Below are positions 48,270-57,638 of a DNA stretch of 64,000 nucleotides, piece by piece. The notes under the pieces were generated by a model. The model worked only from the letters and a program-made list of their open reading frames with translations, had not been told where the DNA came from and searched no databases. The stretch is from NCBI GenBank assembly GCA_002477945.1, contig DLLF01000033.1, positions 45,316 to 109,315 on the forward strand. The letters are read 5' to 3'. Position 1 is the first letter of the stretch. Every line of letters begins with the position of its first letter. Position numbers and translations under genes: made by a program. The stretch comes from Bacteroidales bacterium UBA7569 (lineage in GTDB: Bacteria > Bacteroidota > Bacteroidia > Bacteroidales > Paludibacteraceae).

Positions 48270-49028
48270 CTATTTCCTGTACTTGAGAAAACCATTCACT
48301 GCCCAATGGGCTAAGTAGTACAGACTGCGAATCAATCCTAATTTCTCCACGCGGTAATAGACCAGAAACTGCGGTTTGATCATCTTCCTCTTGTTCGCTG
48401 TGGCTCCGTTTAGGTTTAGTCTGTAACTGGCTAATACTTTCGGATTGCCGTAAGCGTAATCCGTCTGTTTCAGCAGCGAAAGCCACAGCACGTAATCATC
48501 ACGCAAACTGCGTAACTCTTCATGGAAATATACATCTCGGAATGTGCTGCGGTCAATCATGGTTGTCAGGCATGGCAGACTGCAGGTCTTGAGCAGGTCA
48601 CGGTAGTTCATTCGGTTGGGTACAATCAGCGGACGCAGCACCTCTTTGCCGTTTTCGTCCACTCTTCGGCACGATGCCGCCACAATAGAAGCGTTCTTGG
48701 CGTTCATAAAGCGCAACTGATCCTCTAAGAAAGTCGGATCCCAATAGTCGTCAGCGTCAAGAAATACCATATATCTGCCCTTCGCTTCTCGGATGCCGTG
48801 GTTTCTTGCCGACGCACTGCCTCCGTTCGCTTGTGAAAACACGTGAATACGATGGTCTTTTCGGGCATATTCCAAGGCAATTTCCTCACTCCTGTCTTTG
48901 CTCCCGTCGTTCACAATCAGCATCTCCCATTCGGGATATGTCTGAGCCAACACGCTCTCTATGGTTTGTCTGACAAACTTCTCGCCGTTGTATAATGGCG
49001 TAACAATGCTCACTAAGTTATCTTGCAT
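48270..49028 (-). CDS. glycosyltransferase family 2
   Basis: Start at ATG 49028 (MQDNLVSIVTPLYNGEKFV). DGS and DADD motifs. Confidence 0.8.
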   Translation of the reverse strand: MQDNLVSIVTPLYNGEKFVRQTIESVLAQTYPEWEMLIVNDGSKDRSEEIALEYARKDHRIHVFSQANGGSASARNHGIREAKGRYMVFLDADDYWDPTFLEDQLRFMNAKNASIVAASCRRVDENGKEVLRPLIVPNRMNYRDLLKTCSLPCLTTMIDRSTFRDVYFHEELRSLRDDYVLWLSLLKQTDYAYGNPKVLASYRLNLNGATANKRKMIKPQFLVYYRVEKLGLIRSLYYLAHWAVNGFLKYRK

Positions 49029-49737
49029 ACTGAATACGGAATTTACAAACATAATACAGCAACACGATCCGGTTCCACACTTTTTTCCATATCGGGCGGT
49101 TGCTCCGCCGGAGCAAACCGGTTGTCCTCGTGCTGGTTCCCTCGTGCCGGCGGTATAATAAATAGGGTTTCTGGATAAATAGGGTTCTTCCTGTCATTTC
49201 AGCCACCAACCCAAGCCAGACATCGTGTCCGATCTCATTCGTGGGTGGTAAAGGTAATGCATACTCCAATAAAGTCCGTCGGAATGCCATGCACGATCCG
49301 TAATACGTATTATTGAAGATGTTCTTCAATATACCATGCCCGGAATGATACAATGAAAAGAAGTTGTCATGGATAATGTTCAAGTTCTCATCGGTCATTT
49401 TACTGTTGGTGCAAACCAAATCCGCTGTCTTTAATGCCTCTATGCATGTATTATATTTGCCTTCCAGCCACACGTCATCTTGGTCGCTTAGAAAAATCAT
49501 CTCGCCCCGTGCATGCTGTAGCGCATTAGCGAAGTTGTCCCTTACGCAGTGATACCGGCTGTGTAAGATCTTGATTCGATTGTCCCCAAAAGATGCTATG
49601 ATGTCCAACGTCTTGTCCGTTGAACCGTCGTCCGACACAATAACCTCGTCATCAGCCATCAGTTGCGCTAAGATGGAGCGCAATTGTGCCTCAATAAACC
49701 TCTCTCCGTTATATGTTGCTATGCATACCGAGTTCAT
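49018..49737 (-). CDS. glycosyltransferase family 2
   Basis: 239 aa. VCIATYNGERFIEAQLRSILAQ, DDGSTD and SDQDD motifs. Confidence 0.8.
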   Translation of the reverse strand: MNSVCIATYNGERFIEAQLRSILAQLMADDEVIVSDDGSTDKTLDIIASFGDNRIKILHSRYHCVRDNFANALQHARGEMIFLSDQDDVWLEGKYNTCIEALKTADLVCTNSKMTDENLNIIHDNFFSLYHSGHGILKNIFNNTYYGSCMAFRRTLLEYALPLPPTNEIGHDVWLGLVAEMTGRTLFIQKPYLLYRRHEGTSTRTTGLLRRSNRPIWKKVWNRIVLLYYVCKFRIQYAR

Positions 49738-49740
49738 TTC

Positions 49741-50556
49741 CTACAGATGTTCTGCGCAGAAACTGCGCATTTTCCAATATATAAATGCTGCCACATTCGG
49801 AAAAATATCCGGATGATAAGCCCTGTAATGTTCTTTCGCCTCTTGGTATCGTTGGGAAAAACTGCGCCACAGATCGTATTTCACAGCCCCCGATGCATTG
49901 TCCCCGTGTTGTCTGTAGTATAACGTCGCTTCGTCTATAGGCACCACTTGTCCCCCTCTTTGCTTTACACTCACCGCAATGGCAGAATCGTGCATCAATG
50001 CTTTTCCGCGGAATGGTAAAGACACCCTCTTGGCGGCTTGGTTCAGCAACAGGGTACACCCCGTAACGCTGTTGTAGATTGCCAGATATTCTGCCTTCTT
50101 GTTCAAGATATGTGGTTTAATCCCTGCATAATCCCAATAGGATTTCGAAATCTCCTGCAATTGTTCGTCTGCCACAATCAAGTCCGTATGTACCGCAATC
50201 GGAGTACTTTTTCCATACTCTTTTTCGGCACGTTGTATCGTTTCAGTGCTGATTCTCAGTTTGTTTGGTAACCACACATCGTCCTGGTCGGCGAAAGCAA
50301 TATATTCTCCCGTCCCGTAATGCTGCAAAAGATATTCAAACGATCGTATCACGCCCATATTCTGTCCGTCGGCTACCACCTGCACTCTCTCGTCCTTTGC
50401 TGCATATCGTTGCAGTATTTTTATCGTATCATCTGCCGACCCGTCGTCGCGCACAACCAGACGCCATTCCTGCATATCCTGCCCTATGATGGAATCCAAT
50501 TGCTCCGCCAGGTACCTCTCCCCGTTATATGTTGACATCAATATGGTTACGCTCAT
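49741..50556 (-). CDS. glycosyltransferase family 2
   Basis: Start at ATG 50556 (MSVTILMSTYNGERYLAEQLDSI), directly abutting the upstream stop. DDGSAD and ADQDD motifs. Confidence 0.8.
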   Translation of the reverse strand: MSVTILMSTYNGERYLAEQLDSIIGQDMQEWRLVVRDDGSADDTIKILQRYAAKDERVQVVADGQNMGVIRSFEYLLQHYGTGEYIAFADQDDVWLPNKLRISTETIQRAEKEYGKSTPIAVHTDLIVADEQLQEISKSYWDYAGIKPHILNKKAEYLAIYNSVTGCTLLLNQAAKRVSLPFRGKALMHDSAIAVSVKQRGGQVVPIDEATLYYRQHGDNASGAVKYDLWRSFSQRYQEAKEHYRAYHPDIFPNVAAFIYWKMRSFCAEHL

Positions 50557-51746
50557 TGCAGTCCTCGTTTTATCATTTCCTTGTAATCGTAATCCCAATA
50601 TAGTTCTGCCTGTGCCATTTGCCTTTTCTGCAATTCTTCTTCCGAATATTTACAACGCTCCACAACCAACGATATTGAGTCTGTCGGATAACGCATTTGT
50701 TTGTTCCTCTGTGGAATGTCAATCATTAAAACCACAGAGTACATAACCAGTATCGTGGCATATACTTGTTTCATCAGCACGTCTTTCTTTTCTGACGATT
50801 GGACAGTGTTGGCTATGTAAACAATTAAAAATGGTAAGAAGAACGAACGTAGGCGGTTTAGCAAAAACCAATAGGGGTATAGGCAAACCAGTAATGCCAC
50901 ACCGCACCATATCAGCCAATGATGCCGTGTGTTGCCTCCTTGGGGAATTGAATAGTATGCCAAGCAGAGGATAGATGCCAAGTAAACAATTAATATCTTC
51001 TGGAAGGACACCCCTACCATCAAGTGATGCTTTGCGGAAACCAATTGTGTGGGAGATAGAGGCAACATCTCCACAACTTTTAGCAGTAGTGGCTGTAATG
51101 GAATACAAAGCAGACCGATGATTAAAGCCGCCAACAAGATATATTCTTGTTTTGACACTTGCACTTTGCCCACCAGATATAGAAGCCCGAATAATGCCAA
51201 GACAATGATAGCCGACTTATGCATAGTACTTGAAAGTATTGCCATCAGCATAGCCCAACCGTATTTCTTTTTCTCCGATAGTAGAATGAATAGGTAGAAA
51301 AACGACACCGCCAAGCATTGGCGGAATTCCATCAATATGAGATTATAATCCAAACATACCAACATTAGGAGTGCCAATGTTTGGTAGCCTCGGATTTTCT
51401 TGAACAATTGGAATATAACTGCAAAATAAAAGATGGATATGATGGCGGTCATGCCCCAAAAACTGATTCCGCACGTATGCAACAGACTGCAAAAAATAAC
51501 AAAACCGGGCTCGAACAACGATTCATGTAGATGCGATGGAACCTGCAAAAACGAGTAGGATGCATTGTAGAAAGGTATGTAGTGTTGAATATCGGGACCT
51601 ATGGCATACTTCAGAGTACACCATATAGCCACCGCTGCAAACGTAAGGTGATATATCTGCCGTTGCAAAAGCGTATGCCGAGATGCTGATAATTCTGCAA
51701 TCATCCCGATAAAGGCTATCAGTATAAGGACAACAATGTAACTCAT
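50553..51746 (-). CDS. EpsG/Wzy-like polysaccharide polymerase membrane protein
   Basis: Start at ATG 51746 (MSYIVVLILIAF...). About 11 predicted TM segments by eye. First gene of the GT2 cluster. TAnnTTTG box 22 nt upstream. Confidence 0.65.
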   Translation of the reverse strand: MSYIVVLILIAFIGMIAELSASRHTLLQRQIYHLTFAAVAIWCTLKYAIGPDIQHYIPFYNASYSFLQVPSHLHESLFEPGFVIFCSLLHTCGISFWGMTAIISIFYFAVIFQLFKKIRGYQTLALLMLVCLDYNLILMEFRQCLAVSFFYLFILLSEKKKYGWAMLMAILSSTMHKSAIIVLALFGLLYLVGKVQVSKQEYILLAALIIGLLCIPLQPLLLKVVEMLPLSPTQLVSAKHHLMVGVSFQKILIVYLASILCLAYYSIPQGGNTRHHWLIWCGVALLVCLYPYWFLLNRLRSFFLPFLIVYIANTVQSSEKKDVLMKQVYATILVMYSVVLMIDIPQRNKQMRYPTDSISLVVERCKYSEEELQKRQMAQAELYWDYDYKEMIKRGLQ

Positions 51747-51767
51747 GGCGTACGCATAAATAATCTG

Positions 51768-51797
51768 CAAAGATAACTATTTTTGTGCTATTTCAAA
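51768..51797 (-). promoter_or_regulatory. -33 TTTG / -7 TATCTTTG promoter (wzy-GT2 cluster)
   Basis: Minus strand: TATCTTTG at 51775-68 and TTTG at 51797-94 with an 18-nt spacer. ATG at 51746. Confidence 0.45.
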
Positions 51798-51834
51798 ATC
51801 ATTCTTTTTTTGACAAGAAGTCTTCTCCTCTGTG

Positions 51835-51866
51835 TTTGCAAGTGTGATAATTCTTGTGTAACTTTG
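51835..51866 (+). promoter_or_regulatory. -33 TTTG / -7 TAACTTTG promoter (adk-obg-xseB)
   Basis: TTTG at 51835-38 and TAACTTTG at 51859-66 with a 20-nt spacer. ATG at 51967, giving a long leader. Confidence 0.45.
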
Positions 51867-51966
51867 CAACGTATATATACTCGGGCGTTGCCTTTGCTTG
51901 TGCTTGTATTTGTGTTAAGTCGGAAAATGCCCGAAAGAGAGAAAAACGTAAATAAAAGAATAAACT

Positions 51967-52536
51967 ATGCTGAATATCGTTTTATGCGGTGCCCCTGGAA
52001 GCGGCAAAGGTACCCAAAGCCAATTTATTGTCGATAAATACGGATTAGACCATCTTTCTACAGGCGACCTTCTCCGTAAAGAAATTGCAGAAAAAAGTGA
52101 GATCGGTAAGAAAGTGGAGACTATCATCTCGCATGGCGATTTGGTGCCGGATTCCATTATAATGGAACTGATAGCAAACTATTTGGATGCGATGCCGAAA
52201 TCTGCTAAAGGAGTTATTTTCGATGGCTTCCCTCGCACTGTCCACCAGGCGGAAGAATTGGAGAAACTGTTGGCAAATCGTGGCGAACGTGTCACGGTGA
52301 TAGATCTTTTTGTGGAAGAGGCGGAACTGATCAACCGCTTGCTTAATCGTGGCAAAACTTCCGGACGTGCCGACGACAATCTGGATACCATCAAAAAACG
52401 ATTGGAAGTGTTCCACCGGCAAACGAAACCTGTATGTGCCTACTATCGTGACCTCGGAAAATACAATGCAGTGGACGGTATGGGAACGATGGAACAGATT
52501 TTTGCCAAGATTGACGGCATTCTGTCTAATATATAA
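51967..52536 (+). CDS. adk: adenylate kinase
   Basis: 189 aa. P-loop [15 protein letters not shown], and a short lid (no Zn cysteines). Confidence 0.93.
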   Translation: MLNIVLCGAPGSGKGTQSQFIVDKYGLDHLSTGDLLRKEIAEKSEIGKKVETIISHGDLVPDSIIMELIANYLDAMPKSAKGVIFDGFPRTVHQAEELEKLLANRGERVTVIDLFVEEAELINRLLNRGKTSGRADDNLDTIKKRLEVFHRQTKPVCAYYRDLGKYNAVDGMGTMEQIFAKIDGILSNI

Positions 52537-52562
52537 TTCTGTTTCTGTTAGGTAACGTTGCT

Positions 52563-53726
52563 ATGGCACAGTCCAATTTTATAGATTATGTGAAGATCTA
52601 CTGCCGCTCGGGAAAGGGTGGGGCGGGGTCTCTGCATTTCCATCGTGCCAAGTATGTGCCTAAGGGTGGACCCGACGGAGGAGACGGAGGGCGTGGCGGA
52701 CACATCATTCTGCGGGGAAATCGCAATCTGTGGACATTGCTCCATTTGAAGTATCAGCGCCATATTATGGCAACCGATGGAACAGGGGGGGGCGAAAGTC
52801 GCAGTTTCGGTAAAAACGGGGAGGACAAGTATATTGATGTCCCCTGCGGAACGGTCGTTTACGATGGCAATACGGGAGAATTCCTTTGCGAGATAAAAGA
52901 GGATAAGGAAGAAATCATCCTCCTGAAAGGCGGGCGTGGCGGATTGGGCAATTGGCATTTCCGTACGGCTACCAATCAGGCTCCGCGCTATGCACAGCCT
53001 GGCGAACCCTGCGAGGAACGGAATATCATTCTGCAACTCAAGGTGCTTGCCGATGTTGGGCTGGTAGGTTTTCCCAATGCGGGAAAGTCCACGCTCTTGT
53101 CTGTCGTTTCTGCTGCGAAACCCGAGATTGCTGACTATCCTTTCACTACATTGGTGCCTAATCTCGGAATCGTCTCCTATCGGGATAACCAATCATTCTG
53201 TATGGCGGATATCCCGGGTATCATAGAGGGGGCGGCGGAAGGAAAAGGTTTGGGCTTACGTTTCCTTCGGCATATAGAGCGCAATGCAGTGCTGCTGTTC
53301 ATGGTGCCGGCGGATACACGGGATATCAAGAGAGAATACAATATCCTCTTGGAAGAATTGCGAAAGTATAACCCTGAACTATTGCGGAAACAACGGGTAT
53401 TGGCTGTCTCCAAGTGCGATATGTTGGATGATGTCCTGATGGAGCAAATGCGTGCGGAACTGCCTGCGGATATCCCGTCGGTCTTTATTTCATCGGTGTC
53501 AGGCTTGGGGATAGAGCAACTCAAAGATATCCTTTGGACAGAACTCAATAAGGAAAGCAACAAGGTGATTGAAATTTCGCATAGTCCTATTGATGTGAAG
53601 ATTATAGAACAGGAGGAAAATTCTTCTGAGGAAGACGATACGCCCGAAACCATCTATCTCAATGAAGTGGACGAAGATTGGGATCTCAGTAAGTACAAGG
53701 GAATAGGTTGGGATGATGTGGATTGA
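52563..53726 (+). CDS. obg: GTPase Obg/CgtA
   Basis: 387 aa. Obg fold with GGDGGRGG glycine-rich repeats. G domain with [13 protein letters not shown] and SKCD. Confidence 0.93.
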   Translation: MAQSNFIDYVKIYCRSGKGGAGSLHFHRAKYVPKGGPDGGDGGRGGHIILRGNRNLWTLLHLKYQRHIMATDGTGGGESRSFGKNGEDKYIDVPCGTVVYDGNTGEFLCEIKEDKEEIILLKGGRGGLGNWHFRTATNQAPRYAQPGEPCEERNIILQLKVLADVGLVGFPNAGKSTLLSVVSAAKPEIADYPFTTLVPNLGIVSYRDNQSFCMADIPGIIEGAAEGKGLGLRFLRHIERNAVLLFMVPADTRDIKREYNILLEELRKYNPELLRKQRVLAVSKCDMLDDVLMEQMRAELPADIPSVFISSVSGLGIEQLKDILWTELNKESNKVIEISHSPIDVKIIEQEENSSEEDDTPETIYLNEVDEDWDLSKYKGIGWDDVD

Positions 53727-53739
53727 TTCTTGGCGTGTC

Positions 53740-53934
53740 ATGGAGAACAATATGAAATATGATGATGCTTTGAAGCAATTGGAAACGATTGTGGATAATC
53801 TTGAGGAGGGACAGGCTCTGTCTATGGAAGAATTCAAAAAACAGGCGGAAGAGGCTAAGAAATTGTTGGACTATTGCCGGAAACAACTGACCGACTTTGA
53901 AGCCGACATAAATAGCATAATCTCCAATGAATAA
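53740..53934 (+). CDS. xseB: exodeoxyribonuclease VII small subunit
   Basis: About 64 aa. KYDDALKQLETIVDNLEEGQALSMEE is the typical XseB helix. Start could be 53740 or 53752. Confidence 0.75.
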   Translation: MENNMKYDDALKQLETIVDNLEEGQALSMEEFKKQAEEAKKLLDYCRKQLTDFEADINSIISNE

Positions 53935-53995
53935 ACGTTTTTCCCACCGGGAATTGTAAGAAACAGGGCTTGCATAACCTCTAAATAACTGATAC

Positions 53996-56674
53996 ATGAA
54001 ACACAAATCTACTCTCTTAACCGTATTCTTTCTGTTCTGTACAATCGTTCTTATGCTTGCATCTAACCCTAAGCAGGAGTTCCGTGCCTCATGGGTGGCT
54101 ACTGTTTGGGGAATTGATTGGCCGCATACAAAAGGAAATGTGTCTGCACAGAAAGCGGAGATGGATCTTATCTTGGATCGTGCCAAGGCTGCTAACATGA
54201 CTGCTGTCATGCTGCAAGTACGTAGTTACTCCGATGCATTGTATTGTTCCACGGTGGGCGAACCGTGGAGTTCTGTCCTTACGGGAACGCGTGGCAAAGA
54301 CCCGGGCTACGATCCTCTTGCCTACGCTGTAGAGCAGGCGCATGCGCGCGGATTGGAACTCCATGCTTGGATCAATCCGTATCGTCTCGGGAACAACAGT
54401 CTTCGCTCAAGTCAAATCCAAGATAACTGGATATTGCTCTCCGGAACATCGCAAATCCTTGACCCTGGAAACTCTGCCGTACGTGGCTATGTACTCTCGG
54501 TGATAGAAGATATTATCGACCATTATGACATTGACGGTATCATTTTCGACGACTATTTCTATAATGGCATAAAGTCTTCCTATTCCGCCACGCAAGCCCC
54601 TAACGAAACGCCGATGACAGCGGCGAACAATCCTCACAACTTGTCATTGGGTGATTGGCGCCGTGAGAATGTGAACTTGTTTGTCAAGTCTGTTATGCAG
54701 AGCATTGCAGCGAAAAAACCTTATCTGCGTTTCGGTATAGGACCTGCTGGCGTTTGGAGTACGTCTGCACATAGCGTGTACAACGAAGATTACACATCTT
54801 CCGACTACATTTCCTCTTGCCCGGGTTCTTGGGATGTCTATTCCGATTTGTTCTGCGATGGAGCCGCATGGTTGAAACGTGGGTATATCGACTATATCTC
54901 GCCGCAACTCTATTGGCCCATGCTCCCGACATCGGATAAATACTATGCATCCAGTTCTTTCAGCAAGTTATGCCCTTGGTGGGCTAACCTCGCTTTCCGC
55001 TACAATCGCCATTTCTATGTGAGTCAGGATGTGGCAAACAATAAGAATGACAAAGCGCCGGATGCACGGTTTAATTCTCCCGATGAAATCAAAGCGCAGA
55101 TGAATGAATTGCGGAGCAATGGAAAAGTGAAAGGAAGTATATTCTACAATACAAAGTATCTCTTCAATATCGGTGGCTGCAATAGTTATTTTTCTTCCTC
55201 TGAGGGATACCATACTTTCTTGGTGAATGATTGGTACTCTACCAAGTCTGTCGTGCCGCCAATTGATTGGCGTGAAGCACCCGAATTGGCAAAGCCCTCC
55301 GAAATATCATTGGTGGGTGCCAACCTGATGTGGACACATCCTTCTTCGCCTCGTTTCACGGTCTATGCCTATCCTAAGGGTATGGACACAGAGTCCGCTC
55401 TGGAGGATCCTGCCTGTCTGTTAGGGATTACTTATACAACAAGTTTCGATGTGAGCAGTGTGGGAGACATTGCTAATACCACTTTTGCCGTCTGTCCCTA
55501 CGACCGGTATGGCAACGAATACGAACCGATAGTGTACAACGAAGGGGAGAGTACACTGCCAATGGGTACGGTCTCCATAACGCCGTTGTGGTCAAAGACT
55601 GTCTCGGAAGCGGCATATCTGACGACAGGAGCCGTTAACCGCAGTATGGCGTACTATAATGGTCAATTGTATATTCCTGATAAGAATGCAGGTGCCTTTG
55701 CTGTAGTTAATGCCGAAACAGGTTCTTTGCAGGCTACCCGCACTATTGGTTCCTCTGCTTTCTGGCAGCACAACCTGCGCATCACCGATGACGGGCAATT
55801 GCTCATGGGTAACACAGCGTCTGGCAGCACTTCGATGCAGATGAAAATGGGTTCCGTTGCATCCGATGGTTATGCTGACCTGGCTTCTGTCGCTATTGCG
55901 GGACGATGCGACTATTTCTATCCTTATGGTACTTGGAGTAATAAGGGTTTTGCATTGGCATTGAGCAATACGGGACACTTGGTGAAAATCCCGTTTGCCG
56001 GTGGCAGTCTGCAGACGGCTGTGGCGGTGGATAACGACGGTTTGCCGAGTGGAACGTCTGCCAAGGCTGTTCCATTGGATGCGGGCAGTTTCTATGCTTC
56101 TGTGGCAGGGCAGTTGCCTACACGCCACTTGATTGCAACGGGCGAAAAGATGGAAGAGTTTCCTGCTAACACATCGGCTGTTGCGGTAAATGCTTCTGGC
56201 GTTTGTACGTTCACTCTCCTCGGGCATCGCTATTTGGTGCTTCCTGCCGATGTAAATGGTGGTTTCGAGGTCTATGAGACAACCTACGGACTTGGTAACG
56301 CACGGCGGGTCATATCTGCAACACCGCCTCTCGGAAGTGCTGCGAATGCGTCCTATACTGTTGATTTCTGTACAGCGGTCAGTGACAATGATGCCTGTAT
56401 CTATGTGTTGGCACCGGATAATGGTCTTGCTGCTTACAAGTTTACTTTCACACCTGTTGCCGACGGTGTGCAGGAGGTTCTTGACAATCTGTTCGTTCTT
56501 TCCACACCGCAAGGATTGGCACTCTCGTTTGATGGTACACAAGTGGTGGAAATCTATGGTATCAATGGTGTCCTCATCTCCAGAGAAACGGCTGTCGGCT
56601 CTTTCACTTGTGCTTTGCCGCATGGTGCCTACATCGTCAGGGTGGGGGAACAAGTCAGGAAGTTTATACATTGA
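53996..56674 (+). CDS. GHL10-type (glycosyl hydrolase-like 10, YngK-like) secreted protein with C-terminal propeller-like region and T9SS type-A sorting domain
   Basis: 892 aa with signal peptide. EFRASWVATVWGIDWP...NMTAVMLQVRS...ELHAWINPYR matches the GHL10 TIM-barrel family. C-terminus ...VEIYGINGVLISRE...LPHGAYIVRVGEQVRKFIH is CTD-like. Confidence 0.7.
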   Translation: MKHKSTLLTVFFLFCTIVLMLASNPKQEFRASWVATVWGIDWPHTKGNVSAQKAEMDLILDRAKAANMTAVMLQVRSYSDALYCSTVGEPWSSVLTGTRGKDPGYDPLAYAVEQAHARGLELHAWINPYRLGNNSLRSSQIQDNWILLSGTSQILDPGNSAVRGYVLSVIEDIIDHYDIDGIIFDDYFYNGIKSSYSATQAPNETPMTAANNPHNLSLGDWRRENVNLFVKSVMQSIAAKKPYLRFGIGPAGVWSTSAHSVYNEDYTSSDYISSCPGSWDVYSDLFCDGAAWLKRGYIDYISPQLYWPMLPTSDKYYASSSFSKLCPWWANLAFRYNRHFYVSQDVANNKNDKAPDARFNSPDEIKAQMNELRSNGKVKGSIFYNTKYLFNIGGCNSYFSSSEGYHTFLVNDWYSTKSVVPPIDWREAPELAKPSEISLVGANLMWTHPSSPRFTVYAYPKGMDTESALEDPACLLGITYTTSFDVSSVGDIANTTFAVCPYDRYGNEYEPIVYNEGESTLPMGTVSITPLWSKTVSEAAYLTTGAVNRSMAYYNGQLYIPDKNAGAFAVVNAETGSLQATRTIGSSAFWQHNLRITDDGQLLMGNTASGSTSMQMKMGSVASDGYADLASVAIAGRCDYFYPYGTWSNKGFALALSNTGHLVKIPFAGGSLQTAVAVDNDGLPSGTSAKAVPLDAGSFYASVAGQLPTRHLIATGEKMEEFPANTSAVAVNASGVCTFTLLGHRYLVLPADVNGGFEVYETTYGLGNARRVISATPPLGSAANASYTVDFCTAVSDNDACIYVLAPDNGLAAYKFTFTPVADGVQEVLDNLFVLSTPQGLALSFDGTQVVEIYGINGVLISRETAVGSFTCALPHGAYIVRVGEQVRKFIH

Positions 56675-56720
56675 CAATAACAATACTATAAGTAAAACAA
56701 AACCTTAAATTCACATCAGT

Positions 56721-57638
56721 ATGAAAAAAATCTTATTTATGCTCATGGCGTTTGCGACATGGTCGGCAAATGCTCAACTGATTGAGGTGGCGTCTGTCGA
56801 ACAACTCAAGATGCCGTCAAACTTAGAAAACACCAAAGTGGCGGGAGTCAGTCCCGATGGTGCTTATATTTTGCTCACCGGTATGAATAATGCAGGTTTG
56901 CAAAAGTACGACGTGGCAACCGGCAAAGTGGAAACAATCTCCACGGCAGCGGGAGCAGGCTACAATGTGGTTATTTCTTCCGATGGAAACAATGTCGTTT
57001 ATCGTGAGACAACAATGGGAAAAGACAAATTGAACCGTTCTTCCCTTGTTCGCAAAGATCTGACAACGAAGAAGACAACGACATTGGTGAAACCCACTCG
57101 CAACCTGAATGGCTACACTCTGAAAGGCAATTCCATCTTGTCGGTAGAAAAACGCCAACTCCGAGTACAGGCGTTGAATAAAAAACAGCCTGTTGAGAAG
57201 AGCGTTCCTGTTGTCTCTATTCAAGATCGCCAACTCATGCTGACCATCAACGGAGAAACCCGTGTACTCTCGCCAAATGGTCAGGACAAGAGTTATATAT
57301 GGCCGTCCGTTTCTCCCGATGGAACCAAGGTTTGCTACTATGTGGCAGGTAATGGCGCATGGGTGGCTGATATAGACGGAAGCAATCCCCGTTTCATTGC
57401 TCGCGACTGCCGTGCCGCAAAGTGGTACAACAACGAGATTATCATCGGTATGGCAGATGAGGATGACGGCTATGTGCAGACAGCATCGGATATTGTGGCG
57501 TACAACCTTAAGGGAGAACATCAGGTTCTTACGTCGGGTCTGATAGCCATGTATCCTTATGTGGCAGCCAACGGAAGCCAAATAGTGTTCTCCACCGATG
57601 AGGGCGATACTTACCTTATTCGTATTAACAAGAAATAA
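56721..57638 (+). CDS. PD40/TolB-like beta-propeller secreted protein
   Basis: 305 aa with signal peptide MKKILFMLMAFATWSANAQ. Repeated SPDG-type blades (VSPDGAYILL, SSDGNNVVYRE, VSPDGTKVCYY, AANGSQIVFST). Confidence 0.65.
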   Translation: MKKILFMLMAFATWSANAQLIEVASVEQLKMPSNLENTKVAGVSPDGAYILLTGMNNAGLQKYDVATGKVETISTAAGAGYNVVISSDGNNVVYRETTMGKDKLNRSSLVRKDLTTKKTTTLVKPTRNLNGYTLKGNSILSVEKRQLRVQALNKKQPVEKSVPVVSIQDRQLMLTINGETRVLSPNGQDKSYIWPSVSPDGTKVCYYVAGNGAWVADIDGSNPRFIARDCRAAKWYNNEIIIGMADEDDGYVQTASDIVAYNLKGEHQVLTSGLIAMYPYVAANGSQIVFSTDEGDTYLIRINKK

